64,000 nt of DNA, from assembly GCA_030390025.1 (NCBI GenBank), contig CM059431.1:134728001-134792000 (forward strand). Reading direction: 5' to 3'. Source of the DNA: Squalus acanthias. Its lineage: Eukaryota. Under the pieces are notes generated by a model. That model was not told where the DNA came from. It did no database searches and saw only the letters and a list, made by a program, of their open reading frames with translations. Position 1 is the stretch's first letter. Every line of letters starts with the position of its first letter. The translations under genes and the position numbers were made by a program. Positions 13,564 through 25,680 of the stretch are shown here, piece by piece.

Positions 13564-14109
13564 ATAATCTCAGAGAATTTAAAAATAGATCTGTGCTTTT
13601 CATTTCTGAGCTACTGATGTAATCAAGTATTAAAATGTCAAGCAGGTGCCTTTAAAGTTCTCATAAATCAAAGACGAAAGTACATTTACAGAGCCTACGT
13701 TAAAAACAGACTCATGGGTTTCACAGCTTATGTGAATCTAAGGAATACATTTTGAATTTTACTAATGAATTTTATGAAGGTTATAAATGTTGGTGATAGT
13801 ATTCGGTTTTCACTTTAAGATTCTCATGCTGTATCCTTTACAAATCATAAGGAATATCCTGAATGTGTTAAAAAATTCTATGCTGCAATTTAAAGACTGT
13901 CGCATATGCACTCTTTGACCCTGGGAGGGTTCTTTCAGCAGAAATCAGAACATTTGCATTCTTGATCTGCACATCCTGTTCAAGATTTTGATGAAATTGT
14001 AAGCCCATGAAGTGACTTTGTGTACAACAATATGAAGGATGTCACTGCTGCAGGATTCAAAACACACATTCCCACCCCATGTTAGCGTCAAATAGCGCCA
14101 TGTAAAAGG

Positions 14110-14330
14110 CTCCCCTAATGGTTCAGCAAGTTTATCCAGTGAATGGCTGAACCATACAGGCGAGGGAGGGCACAGATTCGATCCCCGCTTTGTGCTAAAT
14201 TGGCTGATCTCAGGAAACTACTAAAAGTGGCTCAGTGCCCTTGGACTGGATAAGGCTCAGTTGTGATGTTCGCCCGTGATAAAATTACAGTCATAGCTCC
14301 CATGTAAATATAGCCACTTCGGATGAGAGC
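14110..14330 (+). mobile_element. Old tRNA-derived SINE-like remnant
   Basis: A-box-like tggttcagcaag and B-box-like gattcgatcccc. Heavily decayed. Confidence 0.45.
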
Positions 14331-15159
14331 AGAAAATTGGTTTTAAAAAAAGTTAATGAGTGGACTACTAGTACAGATGGTTAATAAATGAAATATTCTG
14401 AAAAGGAATTTGCCAAAAGGAGATGCTATACCATACTGATAAATTTAACAGTTGGTTATGATCTGTTTGTGTACAAATTTGGCTAGTAATTTTTTTTGTG
14501 CATGTGCGAACATTGTTGTAGCAGGGTCTTTATTCAGAGGTTGATGCTAGTTTGCAAAATTAGATGCAGAGGTTTTGATCCAATGCTGTGGAGGTCTTTG
14601 GATCATGATAGGAATTAATCTGTGACACGTCCTATGTGGAAGGAGTGTGTTTTATTCCTGTGTCATGAGCTAATGACTTGGATGCTTGAGTTTTAAACAA
14701 TTATAAGAGGAAATTGAGATGATAAAATGGTGTCTTGTTGATTAAAGGAAAATAAATTAGGTAACATACCAGAATGCCTTTTAATACCATTTTTGGGAAA
14801 ACTGATTTAATTACCACTTACTCTACTTCCAAATAATAAATATGCTCCACATTAAGAATAATAGAATATGAGTACTAGTAGTCCACTCATGAACTTTTGC
14901 TTTTACGTTTTTCTAATGTGTAGTTTCACTAAGAAAAAGCTTAACAAATAACTTAATCAATTTAATCAGGAAATGGGATTTTTCTTCACCGCAAAACACA
15001 ATTCATGGCAAATCTGGGAAACTAGCCAGATTCTCAACCTCCACTCGTGCCAGGGGGGCTCTATACCACCAGCAGAACCTGCAAAAATAGGGCTTCTAAC
15101 ATGTTATATGTGGATACCAATACATACTTGCCTATTGTTGGATGTATTGTTGTCACTAA

Positions 15160-16265
15160 GCTTATTCAACCTAGGATTAAAGGGGCAGTGGCAGTTTGGA
15201 TACAAAATTGGGTAAGAGACAGAAAGCAGAGAGTAGTGGAGGGAAGTTTACAGTGGTGTTCCCCAGGGGTTAGTATTAGGAGCACTGCTCTTTTTGATAT
15301 ATATTAAGGACCTGGACTTGGGTATACAGGGCATAATTTCAAAGCTTGCAGATGACACAAAGCTTGTAAACGTAGTAAACAGTGAGGAGGATAGTAACAG
15401 ACATCAGGAGGACATAGACAGGCTGGGTAAATGGGCAGACACACGGCAGATGAAATTTAATGCAGAGAAGTGTGAAGTGATACATTTTGGAAGGAAATGC
15501 ATCAGCTAGAGTATTGTTTCCAATTCTGGGCACCACACTTTAGGAAGGATGTCAAGGCCTTGCAGAGGGTACAGAGGAGATTTACCAGAATGGTACCAGG
15601 GATGAGGGACTTCAGTTATGTGGAGAGATAAGAGAAGCTGGGATTGTTCTCCTTAGAGGAGAGAAGGAACATAGGAGAGTCTGCCATTCAACCCCTTGAG
15701 CTTGTTCCGCTATTCGATTAGATTACGGCCGACCTGTATCTTAACTCCATCTACTCGCCATGGTTCCATAAATCTCAAAGTGCAGTTGCCTAACAAAAAT
15801 CTATCAATCACAGTTTTGACATTTTCAATTGACCGAGCCTCAACAGCTTTTTGGGGGAAGAGAATTCTAGATTTCCGCTAGTAAAGGGGAGTTTTAATAG
15901 ACGTTTTCAAAATCATTAAGAGTTTTGATAGAATAGATAAGAAAAAACTTTTTCATTGGCAAGAGCAGAGTTACCAGAGCACACAGATTTAAGATAAATG
16001 GCAAAAAATCCAGCGGGGGAATTAGAATTTTTCTTTTTTATGCAACAAGTTGTTACGATCTGGAATGCACTACCTGAAAGGGTGGTGGAAGCAGATTCAA
16101 TAGCAACTTTCAAAAGGTAATTGCATATACACTTGAAAAGGTGAAATTTGCAGGGCTCTGGGGTAAGAGCAGTGCCGCAGGACTAATTGGATAGCTCTTT
16201 CAAAGAGCCAGCACAGAGACGATGGGTTGAATGGCCTTCTTCTGAGCTGTATGATCCTGTGATAT
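15160..16265 (+). mobile_element. CR1 3' fragment with a nested opposite-strand CR1 3' end (about 15668-15878)
   Basis: YIKDLDLG..SKLADDTKL motif. The plus-strand reading stops at EERR and resumes near 15880. Confidence 0.82.
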
Positions 16266-16438
16266 ACCGTTTCTCCAGGGCTTCTAATTGTGTTGTGCTG
16301 AAATTACGACAAAGCTATAGACAACCCCTACAGAAATACTGAGCCAATATATTTTTGTTAATAAGACATACACCAGAAAGTGCTCTAGAGGTCAAAAGAT
16401 GAGCACACACACCACACAACAATGCATAATATACTAAC

Positions 16439-16589
16439 AATTATGGCTGAGTGTTGGATGTCAAGTGCAGAGTTTTCCTCCATAGGGTGAACATTCAGTC
16501 GTAGAAGTTTGCTTAGATCTTTATCTTTGATCCCAAGGTTATAAAGGCCATCCATAACTTTTCCTTCCTCTTTAAGGATATCTAGGATA
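16439..16589 (-). CDS. UGGT2: UGGT coding exon, 151 nt: (S)ILDILKEEGKVMDGLYNLGIKDKDLSKLLRLNVHPMEENSALDIQHSAII
   Basis: Acceptor tttttctag and donor gttagt. 1 nt plus 50 codons. Matches UGGT2 SILDMLKLEGKMMNGLRNLGI...LDIRHSSIM. Confidence 0.92.
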
Positions 16590-17034
16590 CTAGAAAAAGC
16601 CCAAGAAATAATGAGATTTGGTGACAAACAATGCAACAATGTGACTAAAGCACAGGAACTTTATCAGTTTCAATTGAAAAATGCAGGTTAAACCTCGCAA
16701 TAGCATGGTTAAGTCAATGGGAGAACTCCACAAAAGTTTGTAATAGCCTATTAAAGGGCAACTAGGGATGGGCAATAAATGCTGGCCTTGCCATCCCATG
16801 AACAAATAAAAAAAAACAGGATTATGTATTAATTAAGATATCAGAATATCAGGTTTTAAATAAATGTGAAATAATCTTTAAAATTTGCATTCAATCATTT
16901 GGTTGATAAAGTTCCTGAATTGCAGCTTTCATGTGAATATGACTGGCTGATTACCATAAAGATGCAAAGTCCTACTGATTACATAAATAAGTGAAAAAGA
17001 ATACCTAGATACAAATTAAAAATCGCTGACAGCT

Positions 17035-17472
17035 TTTGCTCACTGGTACCACTCTCACCTCTCAGTATGGAGGTTGTGGGTTCAAACCCCACTCCTGAAA
17101 CTTGAGTACACAATCTAAGCTGACACTTCAATGCAATATTGAGGGAGTGCTGCCTTTGTGGAAGAGATGTTAAACCAAGGCTGCCCTCTCAGGTGGATGT
17201 AAAAGATCCCACGGTACCATTTGAAGAATGGGGCCTTTATCCTTGTATCCTGGCCAACAGTTATCCCTCAACCGACAGCATTTTAAAAAAACAGAATATC
17301 GACTCATTTATCTTACTGTTATTTGTAGGGCTTTGCTGTGCACAAATTGTCTGCTGCATTTGCCTACATTACAACAGTGACTACACTTCAAAAGTACTTC
17401 ATTGGTTTGAAGCACTTGAACATGTCTGGAAGATGTTAGGATGCTATATAGATGCAAGTCTTTTTCTTTCTT
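17035..17472 (+). mobile_element. DeuSINE-type SINE (tRNA head, Deu domain, L2-like tail)
   Basis: B box gggttcaaaccc, central ctctcaggtggatgtaaaagatccca block, tail gctatatagatgcaagtc like the L2 3' end at 22200-22230. Confidence 0.75.
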
Positions 17473-18187
17473 AATGCCATTTTGGATGCACTTACAATGA
17501 AATGCATTTTAACAATCTCCAAGATGGTATTCAGGTTCTGACTGTGGACAGATAGTTTCTCAATACAAATGCAAGTGACAGTCATTGCAATCAGAGTTTG
17601 GGGGAAATGGGTAACAGGATAACTTAAGATAATAATGAGATGTGCATAGTCTCAGGATGCTACAGAACTTTTAATTTTATACTTCTGTAGGATTGAGGCA
17701 CTGTAGATAAGATGCCCCAAATTAAGTAATATGCAATAGTCCCAAATTTGGTGGCTGTGCTGGTTGTGTCTGTCCTGTTAGAGTTACCTTCTTAAAGTTT
17801 TCAGCTCTACTGTTGATTGCAAAATTAGAATTTTTGGCTAAATTGTTTTCTATGCAATTTCATTAGTGCATTAATCTTTGATGCTGTTTGGGCCTGATAA
17901 TTTGTATTACAGTACCAAGCTTTCCAACTCTATTTCTTGCAACAGCTTTGCTTTTAGCTGCTATTTCACTTGCAGCAACTCAAGAGGAGGACATGGGGAT
18001 TCCTTTGGTATTTCTAGATCTGAAGAAGGAAGAACAATTCTTGATGGGTCAAGACAAGCAGGTACAACTATGTGTGCGCAATGCCATAGAAGATCACTAC
18101 TTTATTTTTAAAGTGCTTTTTGAAATTGTTTTGTAGTATTGCTATTCAATTATTCATTCCCATGGATCAGTGGCACCATTTTATTTA

Positions 18188-19097
18188 CATAAGAACATAC
18201 AAATTAGGAGCAGGAGTAGGCCACTCGGCCCTTTGAGCCTGCTCCGCCATTCAATAAGATCATGGCTGATCCGATTATTCCACATTCCCACCTACCCCCG
18301 ATAACCTTTCACCCCCTTGCTTATCAAGAATCTATCTACCTCTGCCTTAAAAATATTCAAAGACTCTGCTTCCACCGCCCTCTGAGGAAGAGAGTTCCAA
18401 AGACTCACGACCCTCTGTGAGAAAAATTTCTCCTCATCTCTGTCTTAAATGGGTGACCCCTTATTTTTAAACAGTGACCCCTAGTTCTAGATTCTCCCAC
18501 AAGAGGAAACATCCTCTCCACATCCACCCTGTCAAGACCCCTCAGGATCTTATATGTTTCAATTAAGTCACCTCTTACTCTTCTAAACTCCAGCGGATAC
18601 AAGCCTAGCCTGTCCAACCTTTCCTCATAAGACAACCCGCCCATTCTAGGTATTAGTCTAGTAAACCTTCTCTGAACTGCTTCCAACGCATTTACATCCT
18701 TCCTTAAATAAGGAGACCAATATTGTACACAGTACTCCAGATGTGGCCTCACCAATGCCCTGTATAACTGAAGCATAACCTCCCTACTTTTGTATTCAAT
18801 TCCCCTCGCAATAAACGATAACATTCTATTAGCTTTCCTAATCACTTGCTGTACCTGCATAGTAACCTTTTGTGATTCATGTACTAGGACACCCAGATCC
18901 CTCTGCATCTCAGAGCTCTGCAATCTCTCACCATTTAGATAATATGCTTCTTTTTTATTCTTCCTGCCAAAATGGACAATTTCACATTTTCCCACATTAT
19001 ACTCCATTTGCCAGATCCTTGCCCACTCACTTAACCTATCTATATCCCTTTGTAGCCTTGTAGCCTCCTTATGTCCTCTTCACAATTTACTTTCCTG
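18188..19097 (-). mobile_element. CR1 LINE 3' fragment
   Basis: 200-aa ORF2 C-terminal frame (18405-19007) plus 3' UTR. Confidence 0.92.
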
Positions 19098-19771
19098 TCA
19101 GTTCAGATGCCTGTTTCACAGCCCGTCAATGCAAAGTAAAATCTAGTGGGGTGTCAAACAGACAGTTGATCCAATCCCATCAGTTCCTGTTGGGTAGGTT
19201 AGCTTAAAATTACTCCCTATACTTTTATAATATCAAAATTTTGATACAAGAATATTAACAGTATTAATTAAATAAACAAACCAATACACCATTAATCACA
19301 ATATCTGTCTAACTCAATAAAAAATTACAATATACATTCTACCAGGAATCTATGAACGGTGACTCAGGAAAAACAGTAACTACTTGTCAGATTAGACAAA
19401 GGATTAAGATAAGTTCATAAAGATGTTTGAACCATGTCCAATCTAACTATCTGGACAGAGAGAAATTTGAAAGGAAAGAAAAAATTTAAACCCAAAGTTT
19501 TAGATTAAGTCACTCTGATATTCCTCAGAATTGTTTGCTCTCAATGGAGCCACCGAGCCTGATGGGTCGCAGTTGCAGATGCTGAGCCAGGACATCATGA
19601 GTTCCTTGACTGCTACACAGGCTTACAGTTCAGAAACTCTGCAACCAAGAGAACTGCTGCTTTAGAATGAGCTTGCTGCAGATTCTACTCTATTAGAATG
19701 CCTCAGTGCAAAAAGGTTTTTCAGGACCTGCTAAATAACCTGGATCACCTTAATACCCTCAGTACCTGACT

Positions 19772-19931
19772 CAATGTTACCCCTAATTTTTTTTGGGTGC
19801 GCGATCCCTTTATCGAGCTGTGCGGTCCATTCAAAGTTTCGCGCATGCGCAAAATTTCACATTTGTAAGACTGCACGAGACCGGCAGACAGCTGCACGGC
19901 CACACGGTGGCACAGCTTAGTGGGAACATTG
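19772..19931. mobile_element. hAT-like MITE
   Basis: TIR caatgttacc / gggaacattg. 8-bp flanks acctgact and accctact match at 6 of 8. Confidence 0.72.
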
Positions 19932-20019
19932 ACCCTACTGCATGCCAAAAATGAGCAACAAGCCCAGTTATATAGGCTGGCAATTATACCAATGAGCAAA
20001 AAGTTAACTTTATTATTAC

Positions 20020-21070
20020 AAAATTGGCGAAGGGACAGAAAGCAGAGTGTGGTGAAAGTTGTTTTTCACACAGGAGGGAACTATACAGTGGTGTTCCCCA
20101 GGGGTTGGGGTTAGGACCACTGCTCTTTTTGATATATATTAATGACCTGGACTTGGGTATAAAGGGCACAACTTCAATGTTTGCAGATGACACTAAACTT
20201 GGAAATATAGTAAACAGTGAGGAGGATAGTAACATACTTCAGGGGGCCATAGACAGGCTGATGAAATAGGCAGACATATGGCTGATGAAATTTAATTAAG
20301 AGAAGTGTGACGTGAAGCATTTTGGGAGGAAAATGAGGAGAGGCAATATAAGCTAAATTTTAAAGGGGTGCAGGAACTGTACGTACACAAATCTTTGAAG
20401 GCAGCACGACAAGTTGATAAGGTTGTTAAAAAAGCCTGGGATCCTCGGCTTTATAAGTGGAGGCATAGAGTACAAAAGCAAGGAAGTTATGCTAAACCTT
20501 TATAAAACACTGGTTAGGCCTCAGCTAGAGTATTGTGTCCAATTCTGAGCACCACACTTTAGGAAGGATGTCAAAGACTTGGAGAGCATGCAGAGACGAT
20601 TTACTCGAATGGCACCAGGAATGCAGAACTTTAGTTGCAGGAAAGACTAGAGAAACTGGGGTTGTTCTCCTTTGAGCAGAAAAGGTTAAGAAGAGATTTA
20701 GTAGAGGTGTTCAAAATTTTGAGGGGTTTTGACATAGTACATAGGGAGAAATTGTTTCCACTTGCAGGAGGGTTGGTAACCAGAGGACACAGATTTAAGG
20801 TAATTGGCAAAAGAACCGGGGGGTGGGGAGAATGAGGAGAAAACAATTTACACAGCGAGTTATGATGATCTGGAATGCATTGCTTGAAAAGGTGATGGAG
20901 GCAGATTCAACAGTAACTTTCAAAAGGGAATGGGATAAATAGTTGAAAAGGAAAAATTTGCAGGGCTATGGGGTAAGAGCAGGAGAGTGGAACTAATTGG
21001 ATAGCTCTTTCAAAGAGCCAGCACAGGCATGATGGGCCGAATGGCCTCCGACTGTGTTGTAAGATTCTAT
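20020..21070 (+). mobile_element. CR1 LINE 3' fragment
   Basis: SGVPQG..LGPLLFLIYINDLD...FADDTKLG, 3' UTR ending gattctat. Confidence 0.9.
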
Positions 21071-21831
21071 GGGGTAAAAATTGAGTCGCGCCCCATTTGG
21101 GGCGCTAACCTCGCCGGGGCGCGACTTTTAGCGCCCCGAAAAAATTAGCGGCCCCGCGCCGGAACTTCAGTGGTTGCGCCCCAAGAGGGAAGCGGGGCGC
21201 CACTGGAAGCACCCCGCATCCCTCTTGGGGCGCTGCGAGGGAATATCCTGGCGCTACGTGGCGCTGCGGCACGTCGCGCCGCGGTATTGCAGGCCTTCCT
21301 CCCCTTCTTAAAGGGGAGGGACCCTGCGCAGTGCGAACCGGGGCCCAGCTGGGCCCCCAGGGATCGGGAGTGCCGGCAAAAGAGCCCGGCACTCAAGAGA
21401 AGTGCCGGGCTCTTGGAGCGCAGCCGGCACTTCACGGCGGGGGGGCTTCACGGGGGCCGGGGACAGCAACGGGGGCAGGTGCTGGCAGGCGGCCAGCAAC
21501 AAAAATGGCCGCCTGCCACCTCCCCTTTAAATATCGCCGCCCCGGCCGCACGTATGCCTCCCTGAACCCGTCGGACATAGCGTCTGGCGGTAAATCAGGG
21601 GGCGCGACTGAAGATCGCGGCTGGAGCGCGAGCGGGGTGCTGCGCACGGCGATGACGTCATCGCCGGCGGCGCAGCGCCACAGTGCGCTACCGGCTGGCG
21701 CCGCCGCTAACCTCCCGCTGAATTTTTCGGGAGGCGTGGGCGGCGCTGCGCCCGGGCGTTAGCTGCTTTACGCCCCATTAGCGCCCTCTTAAGGCGCTAA
21801 CGGGAGGCGCAAGCAGCTGAATTTTTCCCCC
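21071..21831. mobile_element. Harbinger MITE (family A), CpG-rich
   Basis: TIR ggggtaaaaatt / aatttttccccc, TSD TAT/AAT. Sits in the CR1 tail repeat. Confidence 0.9.
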
Positions 21832-22197
21832 AATGAGTCTTTAAAGTTTGTAAGCACACACTGTTTCCAGGAGGATGTGTCAAATAGTCCGCAGTGATCT
21901 TTACAGCATTCTGAAGATCTTTAATCTCAGCAGCAAAAGCAGCTTCAACAACATCAAATTCTACCCTGATAGTTCTGAACTTGTCCAGGATTATTGAAGA
22001 CTGTCCAGAATTACTGAAGAGATAAGTAGCTGACGATATGCAGTGGCGTGAGGGGGACAAGTAGTATCTCAGAATTCAAAGCTGGGAGGGAATCGATTAA
22101 TGGTGGGAAATCCACCATGAAAGCATAAGCCAAACTCAAACCAGCAAAATATTTCAACAATGATTGGTGCCAAAATAAGATAAAATTAAACTAGATG

Positions 22198-22250
22198 ACA
22201 ACAACAACTTGCATTTATATAGCGTCTTTAATGTAGTAAAACGTCCAAAG
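22198..22250 (-). mobile_element. Detached 3' terminus of the L2 LINE at 31240-34830
   Basis: acaacaacttgcatttatatagcg is the reverse complement of an L2-type tail, in the same orientation as the L2 body. Confidence 0.65.
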
Positions 22251-22610
22251 CACTGTTCCCGTAAGCTGCGTGGGTGCGCGGCCGCGCAGCTACCTTGAGG
22301 CTGCCGCACAGCAGGCGTTGCAGACCGCGCAGTCCCGCTGTAGTGGGCTCCAGCGTGCAGTCGTTCTTTTCAATCATGTCAACAGGCTCGTTTTTTAGAC
22401 CAGTAGGAGCGGGCTCGGCACCCGCGCGCTGGACCCAATTTCGCCGCCTGCGCACTGGAAGCCGCTACAGGCCTGAGCCCTGAGCCCTGAGCCAATGAGA
22501 ATGTTAACAGCTGCCGAATGTCGATACTGTGCTGGGAGTCGTGGCGAATAGAGAGGCGCTTATAAAGAGCGCTAGTGGAATGGAACCCACCACGGGCCTG
22601 AGCCTCAGGG
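22251..22610. mobile_element. One end of a hAT-like non-autonomous element
   Basis: Starts cactgttcccgtaagctgcg, matching the reverse complement of the right end of 19772-19931. The partner TIR was not found. Confidence 0.6.
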
Positions 22611-25600
22611 AGGGGAGGGGAGGGGAGGGGAGAGAGAGAGAGAGACTGGGGGGGGAGAGAGAGAGACTGGGGAGAGAGAGAGAGACTGGGGAGAGAGAGA
22701 CTGGGGAGAGAGAGAGAGAGACTGGGGGGGGGGAGAGAGAGAGAGACTGGGGAGAGAGAGACTGGGGAGAGAGAGAGAGAGACTGGGGGGGAGAGAGAGA
22801 GAGAGACTGGGGGGGGAGAGAGAGAGACTGGGGAGAGAGAGACTGGGGAGAGAGAGAGAGAGACTGGGGGGGGAGAGAGAGAGACTGGGGAGAGAGAGTG
22901 AGACGGGGAGAGAGAGAGAGACTGGGTAGAGAGAGACTGGGGAGAGAGAGAGAGTGACGGGGGGAGAGAGAGAGCGAGACGGGGTGAGAGAGAGAGACTG
23001 GGGGGAGAGAGAGAGAGTGAGACGGGGGGAGAGAGAGAGACGGGAAGTGAGAGAGAGACTGGGGGGGTGAGAGAGAGAGAGAGAGAGAGACTGGGAGAGA
23101 GGAGAGACTGGGGAGAGGAGAGATACTGGGGAGGGTGAGAGACAGAGAGCGAGAATGGGGACAGAGAGAGACTGTGGGAGAGAGACTGGGGGGAAGAGAG
23201 AGAGAGAGGGACTGGGGAGAAAGAGAGAGACGGAGAGAGAGAGAGAGAGACTGGGGGTGAGAGAGAGGGAGACGGGGGGAGAGAGAGAGACTGGGGGTGA
23301 GAGAGAGGGAGATGGGGGGAGAGAGAGAGACTGGGGGGGAGAGAGAGAGAGAGACGGGGGGGGAGAGAGAGACTGGGGAGAGAGAGAGAGACTGGGGGAG
23401 AGAGAGAGAGCGACTAGGGGGTGAGAGAGAGAGAGACTGGGGTGAGAGAGAGATACAGAGAGAGAGACTGGGGAGAGAGAAAGAGAGACTGGGGGTAGAG
23501 AGAGAGAGAGAGAGACTGTCAAGAGAGAGAGACTGGGGAGAGAGACAGACTGGGGAGAGAGTGAGAAACTGGGGAGAGAGAAACTGGGGGGAGAGAGAGA
23601 CACTGGGGGAGAGAGAGACTGGGAGAGAGGGACTGGGAAGAGAGAGAAACTGGGGGAGAGAGCGAGAGACTGGGGAGAGAGAGAGAGAGAGACTGGGGAG
23701 AGAGCGAGAGACTGGGGAGAGAGCGAGAGACTGGGGAGAGAGAGAGAGAGAGACTGGGATGAGAGAGAAACTGGGATGAGAGAAAAATTGGGAGAGGGAG
23801 AGAGACTAGGGAGAGAGATGAAAGGTAATCGACCTGAAACGTTAACTCTCTTTCTCTCTCCACGGATGCTGCCTGGCCTGCTGAGTTTTTCCAGCGTTTT
23901 CTGTTGTTATACTAGGGAGAGAGAGCTGGGGAGAGAGAGACTGGAGGAGAGAGAGAGAGAGAGACTGGGGAGAGAGAGATACCGGGAAGAGAGAGAGACT
24001 GGGGGTGAGAGAGATACCAGGAAGAGAGAGAGACTGGGGGGGAGAGAGAGAAAGAGTGAAACGGGAGAGAGAGAGAGAGAGACTGGGGAGAGAGAGAGAC
24101 TGGAGAGAGAGACTGGGGGATTAGAGAGAGACTTGGGGAGAGAGAGAGACTGGAGGAGGAGAGAGAGAGAGAGAGACTGGGGAGAGAGAGAGACTGGGGA
24201 GAGACTGGGGAGAGAGAGAGAGACGGGGAGAAAGAGAGAGATGGGGAGAGAGAAAGAGAGAGAGAGAGACTGGGGGGTCAGAGAGAGAGACTGGGAGAGA
24301 GAGAGAGAGAGAGAGAGAGACGGGGAGAGAGAGAGAGTGACTGAGGAGAAAGAGAGAGACAGGGGAGAGAGAGACTGGGGAGAAAGACAGAGAGAGGCTG
24401 GGGAGCGAGAGAGACTGGGGGAAGAGAGAGAGACTGGGGAGGGAGAGAGACTGTGGAGAGAGACGGGGAGAGAGAGAGATACTGGGGAGAGACAGAGAGA
24501 CTGGGGGGGAGAGAGAGACTGGGGGAGAGAGAGAGAGAGAGCCAGAGAGACTAGGGGGAGAGACAGACTGGGGCGAGAGAGAGAGAGACTGGGCGAGAGA
24601 GAGAGACTGGGAGGAGAGAGAGAGACTGGGGAGAGAGAGAGACAGGGGAGAGAGAGAGACAGGGGAGAGAGAGAGAGACTGGGGGAGAGAGAGAGAGACA
24701 GGGGAGAGAGAGAGAGACTGGGGGAGAGAGAGAGAGAGACTGGGGAGAGAGAGAGAGACTGGGAGGAGAGAGAAACTGGGAGAGAGAGAGACGGGGAGAG
24801 AGAGACTGGGGGAGACAGAGAGAGAGAGAGACTGGGGGAGAGAGAGAGAGAGACTGGGGAGAGAGAGAGAGAGAGAGAGAGATTTAGAATAGAGATAGAG
24901 ACTGGAGAGAGAGAGACTGGGGGAGAGCGATACTGGGAAGAGATAGAGAGACTGGGGGTGAGAGAGGGAGAGAGAGAGAGAGAGAGAGACGGGGAGAGAG
25001 AGAGACGGGGAAAGAGAGAGACTGGGGAGAGAGAAACTGGGGGGAAGGGATGGAGAGACTGGGGAGAGAGCAAGTGACACTGGGAGGAGAGAGACACTGG
25101 GGAGCGAGAGTGGGGAGGAGAGAGACAGAGACTGGGGAGAGAGAGAGAGATTGGAGAGCGAGAGATAGACTGGGGAGAGAGAGAGACACACAGGGGAGTG
25201 AGAGAGAGACACGGGAGAGAGAGAGAGAGACTGGGGAGAGAGAGAGACTGGGGAGAGAGAAACTGGGGGTGAGAGTGGAAGAGACTTGGGAGAAAGAGTG
25301 ACACTGGGGAGAGAGAGACACACTAGGGAGAGAGAGTGAGGCTGAGAGAGAGAGAGAAAGGGGAGAGAGACAGACTGGGGAGAGAGACAGACTGGGGAGA
25401 GAGTGAGAAACTGGGGAGAGAGAGACATTGGGGGAGAGAGAGACTGGGGGAGAGAGAGACTGGGAAGAGAGAGAGAGAAACTGGGGGAGAGAGCGAGAGA
25501 CTGGGGAGAGAGCGAGAGACTGGGGAGAGAGCGAGAGACTGGGGAGAGAGCGAGAGAGAGACTGGGAATAGAGAAACTGGGATGAGAGAGAAACTGGGAG

Positions 25601-25680
25601 AGGGAGAGAGACTGGGGATAGAGAGACTGGAGGAGAGAGAGAGAGAGAGTGAGATGGGGAGAGAGAGAGAGAGACTGGGG
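22611..25680. repeat. GA-rich satellite, unit about (GA)nCTGGG(G)n, left block
   Basis: Directly visible degenerate tandem array. Confidence 0.97.
23818..23912 (+). mobile_element. Short Penelope-like remnant with a 5'-truncated hammerhead motif, inside the satellite
   Basis: atgaaaggtaatcgacctgaaacgttaactc...gatgctgcctggcctgctgag. Confidence 0.75.

Noticed and set aside
21071..21831. CpG-island-like promoter
   Set aside because: The GC/CpG richness is fully inside a MITE.
21832..22060. Minus-strand frame with coiled-coil-like stretch
   Set aside because: No clear splice sites or homology. It could be an old TE fragment but this is unsupported.
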